Shown: positions 49,408-57,340 of the stretch, one piece after another
Layout: each line of letters starts with the position of its first letter
How positions within the stretch are numbered: the first letter of the stretch is position 1
Virus record (IMG/VR): IMGVR_UViG_3300048694_001042
Coordinates: 24,494 to 88,493 of that record
Direction: 5' to 3' (one strand)
Length of the DNA: 64,000 bases
Source of the DNA: a virus
Translations under genes and position numbers: made by a program
The notes under the pieces: generated by a model
What the model was told of the DNA's origin: nothing
What the model saw: only the letters and a program-made list of their open reading frames with translations
Database searches by the model: none

Positions 49408-49619
49408 AAACTATCCCACAGCATCCTTACCTACAAAATATTGTGGCAGAATACCGTCGTCAGCATGGAATGGGACCCACGCACTTATGGGATTCCAATC
49501 ACTATGTCAAATGGCTAAAACAATTTGGATTTCGAGTTCCCATGGACTTTCACAAAATAGAATTTCCTGACGATTTTTCTGACCAAGATTTGCTGTTGTT
49601 TGTATTGAGGTGGCGGTAA
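49404..49619 (+). CDS. LRW-family protein A21
   Basis: ATGA overlap; ends LFVLRWR. Confidence 0.75.
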   Translation: MKTIPQHPYLQNIVAEYRRQHGMGPTHLWDSNHYVKWLKQFGFRVPMDFHKIEFPDDFSDQDLLLFVLRWR

Positions 49620-49822
49620 TGTACTATCTACCAATCAGCCCCTACCATAAACATTTATGTGACTATTGGGATGCTACTGGTCGTGGCCAAACACCTACTA
49701 GCAACTTTTGGGCTTGGGTCGAAAAAGAATACGGTGCTGAACTCACGCTATGGGAACGACCCGAGCGATGGCGATTTAAGGATGAACAAGATATGATTTG
49801 GTTTGCGTTGAGGTGGCGATGA
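49619..49822 (+). CDS. LRW-family protein A22
   Basis: TAATG overlap; ends WFALRWR. Confidence 0.75.
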   Translation: MYYLPISPYHKHLCDYWDATGRGQTPTSNFWAWVEKEYGAELTLWERPERWRFKDEQDMIWFALRWR

Positions 49823-50109
49823 AAATAAACTTCAAGAGTGTAGATGATGTAGCACATGATGTGTTGGTTGACCATTTTCGTGGCTTGCTAGAAATCGTGC
49901 CGGCATACGTTCCTGACGGGTTTGTCAATGAAGGGCGAAAACCGCCTGAAGGTTATGAGAGCTATGTTTGCGTGGATGTGTTAGGTGAAGAACTGTTGTG
50001 GATGAACGAACAGTTCCCCCAAGAACAATACACTTGGTATATTTGGTTTGAGTCAATATTTTTAGTTACTCCGGAAATGGCTTCGTACTTGAAGTTGAAG
50101 TGGTCATGA
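49819..50109 (+). CDS. LRW-family protein A23
   Basis: ATGA overlap; ends YLKLKWS. Confidence 0.75.
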   Translation: MKINFKSVDDVAHDVLVDHFRGLLEIVPAYVPDGFVNEGRKPPEGYESYVCVDVLGEELLWMNEQFPQEQYTWYIWFESIFLVTPEMASYLKLKWS

Positions 50110-50351
50110 AACCCTGCGAACTACAAACCATGCTGGCACGAGCCATACGTGATTCGGTACAGGACAAGCCATGGACTCCTCCTCCAGAAGCACGAGTTAT
50201 TACAGGCAATCCCAAACATGACGCACAACTGCACCATGTGCTGGTTGAATATGGCATAGAGGTAGAGTTGGGAAAATACCATGACCTTGTGGATTACCGT
50301 GTTGTCGATGAACAAAAGTTCATGATGTTTTTGTTGAAGTGGGCACGATGA
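50106..50351 (+). CDS. LRW-family protein A24
   Basis: ATGA overlap; ends MFLLKWAR. Confidence 0.75.
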   Translation: MKPCELQTMLARAIRDSVQDKPWTPPPEARVITGNPKHDAQLHHVLVEYGIEVELGKYHDLVDYRVVDEQKFMMFLLKWAR

Positions 50352-50533
50352 CCAAATTTCGAATCGATCATCGATACAACCATATTGGCGTCAACGTCTT
50401 TCTCTGTGCCAACGAGTTTGACCAAATATACAATTGGTGCTATAATAAACCCGAAGCATACGATTGTTATTCCACTGGATTCGTATATCGAACCAAAAAT
50501 GATTTAACAATGTTTTTGTTGAGGTGGTCATGA
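50348..50533 (+). CDS. LRW-family protein A25
   Basis: ATGA overlap; ends MFLLRWS. Confidence 0.75.
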   Translation: MTKFRIDHRYNHIGVNVFLCANEFDQIYNWCYNKPEAYDCYSTGFVYRTKNDLTMFLLRWS

Positions 50534-50730
50534 AAGTAGTAGAAAGCTCAAGTTATTCTGGATGGAACGACTATCCTGTTTATAGAGTCAGATCGTTTCA
50601 AGATTGGCTTGACCTTATTGGGTGGATGAAAGAAAACCACGTAGAACATTTTTTACTGTCATCGGGTTATGGTGGATATGTATTTCAAGTTAAAACTAAT
50701 GCCGAATGGTTTGCACTGAGGTGGTCATGA
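50530..50730 (+). CDS. LRW-family protein A26 (close paralog of A4)
   Basis: ATGA overlap; shares YPVYRVRSFQDW and VEHFLLSS; ends WFALRWS. Confidence 0.78.
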   Translation: MKVVESSSYSGWNDYPVYRVRSFQDWLDLIGWMKENHVEHFLLSSGYGGYVFQVKTNAEWFALRWS

Positions 50731-51002
50731 AAGTGCATGAAATGCAAGACGGGCAAGTGTTTGGACATCGCTATACTGTGATTCCCTGTGAGTTTTTTGA
50801 CTACGATCGTCAAGCCGATTCGGATGAACTCTGGCGTAGTGAAGAACTCAAAGCCCTGAATCTATGGTGTTGGGAAGCGTTTGGCGAACAAGGTGAACCC
50901 TATGACTATATGGGTGCGCCTCACCGTTGGTATCAGCAAAAAGGACAGTTTTGGTTTCGTGATGCGGCAGATGTCGCTTGGTTTAAGTTGAAATGGGCAT
51001 GA
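50727..51002 (+). CDS. LRW-family protein A27
   Basis: ATGA overlap; ends WFKLKWA. Confidence 0.75.
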   Translation: MKVHEMQDGQVFGHRYTVIPCEFFDYDRQADSDELWRSEELKALNLWCWEAFGEQGEPYDYMGAPHRWYQQKGQFWFRDAADVAWFKLKWA

Positions 51003-51340
51003 ACTACAATCCTACTACAGCAGCCAGTGTAGCTGCCAATGGACAAAAGATATTACTTCCTATGATTAGGAAGGTTATGCCTACCATTATGGCACAGCAG
51101 ATTGTGGGGGTGCAACCTATGACAAATAATCTAGGTATCTTTAATCGGTTACTCTACAAAAATTTCAATAAGAAATATTGGCCCTATCAATATTTTATCG
51201 ATGATAAAACATATCGAATTAGCGATGTTGAGCGTTGGTGTTGGGATCAGTTCAAAGGTCGCTACTGGAACAATTACGGCAGGAACTTTGTATTCAAGCG
51301 TGAGAAGGATGCTGTGATGTTTGCCTTGAGGTGGCTATGA
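50999..51340 (+). CDS. LRW-family protein A28 with N-terminal major-capsid (Gol-like) peptide
   Basis: ILLPMIRKVMPTIMAQQIVGVQPMT; ends MFALRWL. Confidence 0.75.
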   Translation: MNYNPTTAASVAANGQKILLPMIRKVMPTIMAQQIVGVQPMTNNLGIFNRLLYKNFNKKYWPYQYFIDDKTYRISDVERWCWDQFKGRYWNNYGRNFVFKREKDAVMFALRWL

Positions 51341-51597
51341 TGGCAGTTACAATGATTGAACGCATGGTTGGGGACGGTAAGCCTTATAAGGTGCCAAAGT
51401 TACACAGGATCGTGTGGAAGACACGCACTTGGGCAGGTAGTCCATCATATTTGGATGAAAACTTCCTGGAAATGGACGCATGGTGTGAAAAAAACTGTCG
51501 GCATCCTTACTACCACGGCCCTGCTTGGCAACATGACTGTTTTATTGAGTTTGAATGTGATCAAGATGCCACAATGTTTGCCTTGAGGTGGCTATGA
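51337..51597 (+). CDS. LRW-family protein A29
   Basis: ATGA overlap; ends MFALRWL; bracketed by identical 24 bp repeats. Confidence 0.75.
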   Translation: MMAVTMIERMVGDGKPYKVPKLHRIVWKTRTWAGSPSYLDENFLEMDAWCEKNCRHPYYHGPAWQHDCFIEFECDQDATMFALRWL

Positions 51598-51767
51598 GTT
51601 ATTTGTATACTACACCGGATGATGTTAAACCTGAATTTGGCGCGTGGACTAATCGCAAAGAATGGTGTGAAAAGAATTGCCAAGGAGCATGGAAATACAT
51701 GCTCCAAGGTAAGTTTGTTTTCTATGACGAAAAAGATTATGTGTTGTTCATGTTGAGGTGGTCATGA
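51594..51767 (+). CDS. LRW-family protein A30 (57 aa, missing from ORF track)
   Basis: MSYLYTTPDD...EWCEKNCQGAW...FVFYDEKDYVLFMLRWS. Confidence 0.75.
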   Translation: MSYLYTTPDDVKPEFGAWTNRKEWCEKNCQGAWKYMLQGKFVFYDEKDYVLFMLRWS

Positions 51768-52027
51768 TTCATCCAAATGATCCGCTTGCTAAGGATCTTT
51801 TTGAAAAAGAACCTAACATTCTTATGTTGGCCAAGAGCTCGGTGGACGGTGAGCAGTGGTACACAATCAGTTGTTTGCGAGATGTGTCAATGTGGATACA
51901 CAACGAGCACAGCGAACAAGAAAACAAGCTGTGGTTTGAAAATACTGACAGCCGTTGGCGGCGGAATTTCAACGTGTTTGATGTTCACGAAAAGTTTTAC
52001 TCCATACTGGCACTGAGGTGGTTATGA
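51764..52027 (+). CDS. LRW-family protein A31
   Basis: ATGA overlap; ends ILALRWL. Confidence 0.75.
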   Translation: MIHPNDPLAKDLFEKEPNILMLAKSSVDGEQWYTISCLRDVSMWIHNEHSEQENKLWFENTDSRWRRNFNVFDVHEKFYSILALRWL

Positions 52028-52245
52028 CTTACTGGAGCACACATCAATTTTTTCCTGTGGCAAAAACGTACAATTCATCATGGCTTTGTCAAGAAGCAGA
52101 GTTTTGCAAGCAATATTTTGGGGACAACGATCCTTACCAATTGCTACAGCACCGTGCTTGGTTTACTGGTCCTGACGGTGTTTGGATTCGACTTGACTGT
52201 GTGGACTCCACTATTGCCACGTGGTTTGCCCTAAAGCGATCATAA
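52024..52245 (+). CDS. LRW-family protein A32 (last in array 1)
   Basis: ATGA overlap; ends WFALKRS. Confidence 0.7.
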   Translation: MTYWSTHQFFPVAKTYNSSWLCQEAEFCKQYFGDNDPYQLLQHRAWFTGPDGVWIRLDCVDSTIATWFALKRS

Positions 52246-52246
52246 C

Positions 52247-52266
52247 AAAGCCCCTTGCGGGGCTTT
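52247..52266. terminator. bidirectional terminator closing array 1
   Basis: AAAGCCCC-TTGC-GGGGCTTT between convergent genes. Confidence 0.8.
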
Positions 52267-52271
52267 GATTT

Positions 52272-52499
52272 TTACGATTGGTCTACAAACTTTTTAAGTT
52301 CTTCGGCCTTGGCAATAATGTCAGTGCTGGACGGAAAGTCTGGCAGCGTTGGAAATGCAAGTGTTTCTCGATTGGCTTCGGTTATCTTGGAATGATATTC
52401 CTGTAATCGAGCATCGCGAGTTTGGTATATTGGCGTTACGAGAATTTCGTTGGCCATTTTGAGAAGTTCGAGACGGATCTCGTACGGTGTTTTGCTCAT
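52272..52499 (-). CDS. hypothetical protein
   Basis: AGGAG SD; PYEIRLELLKMA..IIAKAEELKKFV. Confidence 0.7.
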   Translation of the reverse strand: MSKTPYEIRLELLKMANEILVTPIYQTRDARLQEYHSKITEANRETLAFPTLPDFPSSTDIIAKAEELKKFVDQS

Positions 52500-52571
52500 G
52501 TTTTTCTCCTGTGTAATGTGTGTGTAATATTGCCCTGCCCCTTGCAGGACAAGATTGCTACACGAGCATGT

Positions 52572-53003
52572 TTACTTATAGATGTAATTGATGGTGTCAG
52601 GATTTTCGCGCAGTTCGCGGGCACCATTCTTCAAGTGAAAGCGACGAGCCATCTCGGTCTTGGGACTTAGGGTCACGTAGGTCTGTATGCCCGGAAATTC
52701 GCTTTCGATGCTTCGCTGTGCTTCCACAATCAAATCACGTCCAGCACCAGCGGCGTAACTCCAAATGGTGTAAAATACCGCAGTTGTGGCACTGCCGACA
52801 CCATCCACCAAGTCGTCCACTGACGCCGGAACAGCCTCCAAAAACTTAACACAGGTCACAGCACGTGGTTTATCCCCGTCTTGTAACATGTAAATTCTTG
52901 AGTTGGAATTGATTCTGCGTTCGGCAGGAATCTCGGGACGCACAGGGTCGTCCTTGAGCAGTCGAACAATTTCTTCGGTGATGGTGGTGATGGTTTGTAA
53001 CAT
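52572..53003 (-). CDS. GNAT-fold protein resembling the malonyl-CoA decarboxylase catalytic domain
   Basis: TAVFYTIWSY..GAGRDLI..EFPGIQTYVTLSP. Confidence 0.55.
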   Translation of the reverse strand: MLQTITTITEEIVRLLKDDPVRPEIPAERRINSNSRIYMLQDGDKPRAVTCVKFLEAVPASVDDLVDGVGSATTAVFYTIWSYAAGAGRDLIVEAQRSIESEFPGIQTYVTLSPKTEMARRFHLKNGARELRENPDTINYIYK

Positions 53004-53061
53004 ATCTACGCTCTTGTATGCTTGTAAACCTATTTATCAAATGTGCGTAGAAAACGAAAAA

Positions 53062-53451
53062 TCAGCTCCAATTTTCTCGATAGCGTTGTAGTGCTCGCAT
53101 TCGGGCTATGAACAAACGTGTCTTGACCAGATCAGACACATCGTCAGTCTCGGGCTCATGCACCACTCGAGGTCTGCTGACTGCACTGCATAGATACTCG
53201 TCGTCTGGTGCGTCCAAGGGATCAACATCCTGGAACCGGATGGCAGTGAGTCTATGTGGATTACTTCTCAGCAGTTTTGGCTTGCGTGGGATTCTTGGGG
53301 CGGCATGGGCCCACTCGCTTTTCGTCACAGTTGGAATCCAAGTATGAGAAGGTCTGTGGTAGCCATCTGGGCTGGAATTCAACGCCGGGTTTGCCAGGCT
53401 TGTGTTCGCTATCAAAAGCGTAGATATAATGGGAATTACAAAGCGGTTCAT
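53062..53451 (-). CDS. hypothetical protein with signal peptide
   Basis: N-terminal hydrophobic stretch. Confidence 0.5.
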   Translation of the reverse strand: MNRFVIPIISTLLIANTSLANPALNSSPDGYHRPSHTWIPTVTKSEWAHAAPRIPRKPKLLRSNPHRLTAIRFQDVDPLDAPDDEYLCSAVSRPRVVHEPETDDVSDLVKTRLFIARMRALQRYRENWS

Positions 53452-53625
53452 GATTGGCTAGTTTTAACATATACCTCAACCTCGTTGGGATAATATAATA
53501 ACGCCTGGCTGTTTGGTTTGGTTGACAAGTTTTGGTAATTTTGCCATTCTGCTTGTTTTTATTTTGTGAGATCCGTACAATAGTGAAATGCTGAAGCAAC
53601 AGCATCTTATATAGGAGATTATCAA

Positions 53626-53895
53626 ATGCGTATCAATGAAAACACCAAGACCGCCCGTGTCCTTTCTGCTCTCCAAAGTGGTGAGCGTATCACTGCTAGC
53701 CAAGCCAAAAAGCGTTTTGGCGTAGGTAACTTGAGTGCCGAAGTTTCCAGAATCCGCCAAGCTGGTTTTGCGGTATATGCCAACAAGCGTACCGCCGGCA
53801 ACCATGTTGAAGTGACCGAGTATCGTTTGGGAACCCCCAGCCGCAAGTTGATTGCTGCTGGTTACCTTGCTATGAGCTTGGGTTTGGTCAACTAA
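53626..53895 (+). CDS. winged helix-turn-helix protein
   Basis: AGGAG SD; ITASQAKKRFGVGNLSAEVSRIRQAGF. Confidence 0.7.
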   Translation: MRINENTKTARVLSALQSGERITASQAKKRFGVGNLSAEVSRIRQAGFAVYANKRTAGNHVEVTEYRLGTPSRKLIAAGYLAMSLGLVN

Positions 53896-53915
53896 AAGGA
53901 CCTGGTAGGACGTGG

Positions 53916-53942
53916 AAAAACCCGCCATTTAGGCGGGTTTTT
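53916..53942 (+). terminator. Rho-independent terminator
   Basis: AAAAACCCGCC/GGCGGGTTTTT. Confidence 0.8.
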
Positions 53943-53978
53943 CTTGACTATTTAATGGGTTTTGTTGTATAATACAGT

Positions 53979-54254
53979 ATGGATTCAAACAAACAACCTG
54001 AAGTTTTTTGCAAAGATTGCCGCCACAATCGTGCAGGTCCCATAGCACGTTTTTTGAATTTTACTCCTTTATGGACCTGTGCTATTGACCCTAGACCTCC
54101 CAAAACTGATCTTGTTACAGGCGGGAAAGAACCAGCGGGCTTTTACTATTGTTCCAGCACAAGACTTGACTCCACAGTGTGTGGTCGAGAAGGTCATGCC
54201 TGGCAACCGCGAAACAAAAAAGACCTGTTCAAATACATCAAACACGTGAGGTAA
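53979..54254 (+). CDS. Cys-rich hypothetical protein, probably leaderless
   Basis: FCKDCRH; TTGACT-18-TATAAT ending 5 nt before ATG. Confidence 0.65.
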   Translation: MDSNKQPEVFCKDCRHNRAGPIARFLNFTPLWTCAIDPRPPKTDLVTGGKEPAGFYYCSSTRLDSTVCGREGHAWQPRNKKDLFKYIKHVR

Positions 54255-54255
54255 T

Positions 54256-54711
54256 ATGTTACTCAAACTTCTTGAACGACTGGGCCGTAAGCGTATTGTT
54301 TATGATCGTGTGGACAATGAACCTTACTTGGAACGCTACTACCTGTTCCTTCGAGATCGAGACCGTTTCCCGTTTAACATTTTCCTGCACAAGTTTTTGA
54401 AGTCAGATACCGACGACTTGCATGATCATCCCTGGCCCTTTGCTACACTTATCCTTCGAGGTGGCTACTGGGAATGGCGCCCGCAGTTTAACTCAAAAGG
54501 CGAGAAGGTTGGTGAGATTGCCAAGTGGTGTGGTCCTGGCAGCTTTCGCATAGCAGGTGCAAAAAGCTATCACCGCATTGAAATCGACCCAACTGTAACT
54601 TGCTGGACCTTGTTCATGCCCGGACCCAAACAACGTGACTGGGGCTTCTTGGTCAAGAACCGTTGGGTGCAATGGGAACAGTATTTGAAAAATCGAAAGG
54701 CAACTGTATGA
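54256..54711 (+). CDS. cupin-like protein
   Basis: LHKF..SD..DLHDHPW..LRGGYWE..YHRI. Confidence 0.75.
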   Translation: MLLKLLERLGRKRIVYDRVDNEPYLERYYLFLRDRDRFPFNIFLHKFLKSDTDDLHDHPWPFATLILRGGYWEWRPQFNSKGEKVGEIAKWCGPGSFRIAGAKSYHRIEIDPTVTCWTLFMPGPKQRDWGFLVKNRWVQWEQYLKNRKATV

Positions 54712-54992
54712 AATTTATCTGGCGTTATGTATGGAATAAACTAAGGGACATTGGCAACGAACCTGAGATGCCCAAATTGGCCACTGTGAGTAGAAGTTCG
54801 GGTTCCTTCGAAGGAGATGACCAAGGATTAAATATCACGGTGCGGCAGGCCCTGGGCGGCAAGATTGTGAGTTTCAGGCATCACGATGTCAAGACAGATC
54901 GTTACTTTTACAAGACCTATGTTGTACCCGAGGACTTGGATTTTGAGCGTGAACTGGGTAAAATGATCACTATGGAAAGCATGAGGATGTGA
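54708..54992 (+). CDS. hypothetical protein
   Basis: ATGA overlap. Confidence 0.6.
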   Translation: MKFIWRYVWNKLRDIGNEPEMPKLATVSRSSGSFEGDDQGLNITVRQALGGKIVSFRHHDVKTDRYFYKTYVVPEDLDFERELGKMITMESMRM

Positions 54993-55348
54993 TGGAATTT
55001 GACTTTTTGAGTTTTTTGATTGGTATTGTGGCAGGTCTATCCATGGCCTACTGCGTTGTGCATTGGGTAGGCCAGCGACTGATTCGCCAACTGGAAGCTG
55101 CTGTAGTGGAAGAAGAAGCCAAATCACAAATCCCACGCATCGAAATGAAAGTAGAACGGCACGGTGATGTGTGGTATGCATTTGACGCTACCAATGATGA
55201 TTTTGTGTGCCAAGGCGTGGACTTGAAAGAACTCAAAGCAAATTTCATCAAGCGATTCCCGGGCCACGATGGCGCCATTGTAGATGCAGCCAAAGACCTG
55301 CAGGAAGAACTGGTCCGACAGAAAAAAGAACTGTCAAAAGCCAGTTGA
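54989..55348 (+). CDS. membrane-anchored hypothetical protein
   Basis: N-terminal TM helix; FVCQG. Confidence 0.65.
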   Translation: MMEFDFLSFLIGIVAGLSMAYCVVHWVGQRLIRQLEAAVVEEEAKSQIPRIEMKVERHGDVWYAFDATNDDFVCQGVDLKELKANFIKRFPGHDGAIVDAAKDLQEELVRQKKELSKAS

Positions 55349-55373
55349 CCAATATAGGCTTTTGTGCTATAAT
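55345..55373 (+). promoter_or_regulatory. sigma70-like promoter
   Basis: TTGACC-17-TATAAT, ATG 6 nt downstream. Confidence 0.75.
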
Positions 55374-55379
55374 TGCTGT

Positions 55380-56192
55380 ATGAAAATATCTATTACCAGC
55401 GATAACCACTTGGAGTTCGCAGACCATGACTTTGAAAACACAGACAATGCTGAAGTGTTGATTCTGGGTGGCGATATTCTTGTGGTCAACGATTTGCGTG
55501 ATCACGACGCTGCCAACGTCATGGGCGAAAACACCAAGAGCCAGCGGTGGCATGCGTTTATGCAACGCTGTGCCCAACGTTTCCCGCACGTGGTAATGAT
55601 CATGGGCAACCACGAACACTATCATGGAAACTTTTCCAGTTCAGCTCGCAAGCTCAAAGCGGCCTTTGCATACCTGCCCAATGTGCATGTGCTGGACAAT
55701 GAAACATGGACACACCAAGATGTCACGTTTGTTGGCGGCACCATGTGGACCAACATGAACAACAGTGATGCATTGACCTTGTATCACATGCAAACCATGA
55801 TGAATGACTTCAGGGTTATTTGGTACGAAGGCAAGGGACGCAAGTTTCGCCCTGTGGATGCGTTTGAAGAACATGTTAAATTTCTGCGGTACGTTGACAC
55901 AGTCACACAAGGTCGCGCTGATCAAAAGTTTGTTGTGGCGGGTCACCATGCGCCCAGCAAGCTCAGCACCAAGCCCCGGTACCAAGATGATACTATCATG
56001 AATGGCGGTTACAGCAGTGACTTGAGTGAGTTTATTTTGAATCATCCACAGATTCGTCTGTGGACACACGGACACACTCATGACAGTTTTGACTACACAA
56101 TTGGCGAAACTCGAATTGTGTGTAACCCCCGAGGGTACGCAGGACATGAACAAAGGGCCGACGAATGGCAACTGGTAACAGTGGAGATTTAA
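55380..56192 (+). CDS. calcineurin-like metallophosphoesterase
   Basis: SDNH, GGD, GNHEHY, HHAP, HGHTH, CNPRGY. Confidence 0.9.
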   Translation: MKISITSDNHLEFADHDFENTDNAEVLILGGDILVVNDLRDHDAANVMGENTKSQRWHAFMQRCAQRFPHVVMIMGNHEHYHGNFSSSARKLKAAFAYLPNVHVLDNETWTHQDVTFVGGTMWTNMNNSDALTLYHMQTMMNDFRVIWYEGKGRKFRPVDAFEEHVKFLRYVDTVTQGRADQKFVVAGHHAPSKLSTKPRYQDDTIMNGGYSSDLSEFILNHPQIRLWTHGHTHDSFDYTIGETRIVCNPRGYAGHEQRADEWQLVTVEI

Positions 56193-56407
56193 CTGAAACT
56201 CGAGCAATTGGTGTTCGCGGGTTCCTAATCAGAACTGGCGACACCATCTTGTTTCGTGTGTATGATCATGAACACAACTTTGTGGATTATGAAATAACCA
56301 ACTACGATTGCGAAATTGTGATCATTGACCCCGACGCTGCCTTGATTCGACATGAAGCCGGGGATTTTTTAGACTACACCGAACAAAGCATGTGCCCAAT
56401 AACATGA
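56165..56407 (+). CDS. hypothetical protein
   Basis: 80 aa ORF in operon. Confidence 0.55.
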   Translation: MATGNSGDLTETRAIGVRGFLIRTGDTILFRVYDHEHNFVDYEITNYDCEIVIIDPDAALIRHEAGDFLDYTEQSMCPIT

Positions 56408-56598
56408 AAACAGTAACATTGACCAGAGGACAGGTATTGAAGTTGGCAACTTTTCTCACCCTTGACCAAGGTATTGAAAGTGTCGAGATTGAGGAAAACC
56501 ACAGCTCAGGCATTGGGCCAGGTCATCGAGTTTGGTTTAACAAGAGTCAAATTGAAAAAAGTTTTGAAGAAGACATAACAGACGTGAGCAACTGGTAA
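56404..56598 (+). CDS. hypothetical protein
   Basis: ATGA/TAATG overlaps. Confidence 0.6.
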   Translation: MKTVTLTRGQVLKLATFLTLDQGIESVEIEENHSSGIGPGHRVWFNKSQIEKSFEEDITDVSNW

Positions 56599-57338
56599 TG
56601 AAAGTATACATCAGCAACTATCGAGATCACTGGATCTCACCGTACACCATGTTAGACTGGGTGTTCTTTTGGACTGACTGGTCAAAGTGCAGTCGCAACT
56701 GGACATTGACCGACACACTGGAAGATGATGCTAACACAACAAAAGGTGGCCGGAGCCGTTATGTGGAGCGCCCGGAATGGTGCGAAAAGTGGGCGGATCG
56801 CTTGACCCCCGTCAGTCAAGCAATCCAGTGGGTTGGCCAAAAGATTTGGCCCCGAGTGGAATATGTCAAAATTGACCGTTGGGACACTTGGAGCATGGAT
56901 CATACTTTGGGCATGATTGCTTTGCCCATGCTCAAGCAACTGCAAGCAACCAAGCACGGCGCCCCACTGGTGGACGACGAGGATGTGCCTGACGAACTGC
57001 GTAGCACCAGCGCACCACCTCGAGAAAATGAATACGACACAGATGACAACCACTTCCGGCGTTGGGACTGGGTCATAAGCGAAATGATCTTTGCGTTTGA
57101 ACACCGGTTAGATGACTCGTGGCAAGATGCTTACCGTTCAGGCAAGATTGATCATGTGATGGTGCCTGTGGATGCTGGCGGTAACACTGTACCAAAGGGC
57201 AAGCACAAATACTATAAAATGGGACATGGTCCCAACCACACTTATGTCTGTGACTATGATGGCATTCGTCGAGTGGAAGAGCGTATTCAAAACGGCTTCC
57301 GACTGTGGGGAAAATATTTCCAGGCGTTGTGGGATTGA
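56598..57338 (+). CDS. conserved phage hypothetical protein
   Basis: IDRWDTWSMDHTL..KHGAP..GKYFQALWD. Confidence 0.75.
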   Translation: MKVYISNYRDHWISPYTMLDWVFFWTDWSKCSRNWTLTDTLEDDANTTKGGRSRYVERPEWCEKWADRLTPVSQAIQWVGQKIWPRVEYVKIDRWDTWSMDHTLGMIALPMLKQLQATKHGAPLVDDEDVPDELRSTSAPPRENEYDTDDNHFRRWDWVISEMIFAFEHRLDDSWQDAYRSGKIDHVMVPVDAGGNTVPKGKHKYYKMGHGPNHTYVCDYDGIRRVEERIQNGFRLWGKYFQALWD

Positions 57339-57340
57339 TA

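Larger units (their letters stand above)
44755..52245 (+). repeat. cassette array 1: 32 tandem small ORFs joined by TTGAGGTGGNNATGA-type junctions
   Basis: almost every ORF ends F-x-L-R/K-W-x and overlaps the next start by 1-4 nt. Confidence 0.9.

Noticed and set aside
45669-50726. Recurrent N-terminal peptides MVCIEVV/MVM/MAM in the ORF track
   Set aside because: Artefact of upstream GTG/TTG codons inside the conserved junction; true starts are the ATG/GTG overlapping the previous stop.
44755-52245. CRISPR array
   Set aside because: The repeats are short, degenerate and protein-coding, separated by whole ORFs of about 170-340 bp; no cas genes are present.
44755-52245. Stop-codon reassignment or one fragmented large gene as the explanation for the many short ORFs
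   Set aside because: Successive ORFs change frame at each junction, each has its own SD and start, and core genes are intact under code 11 using all three stops.
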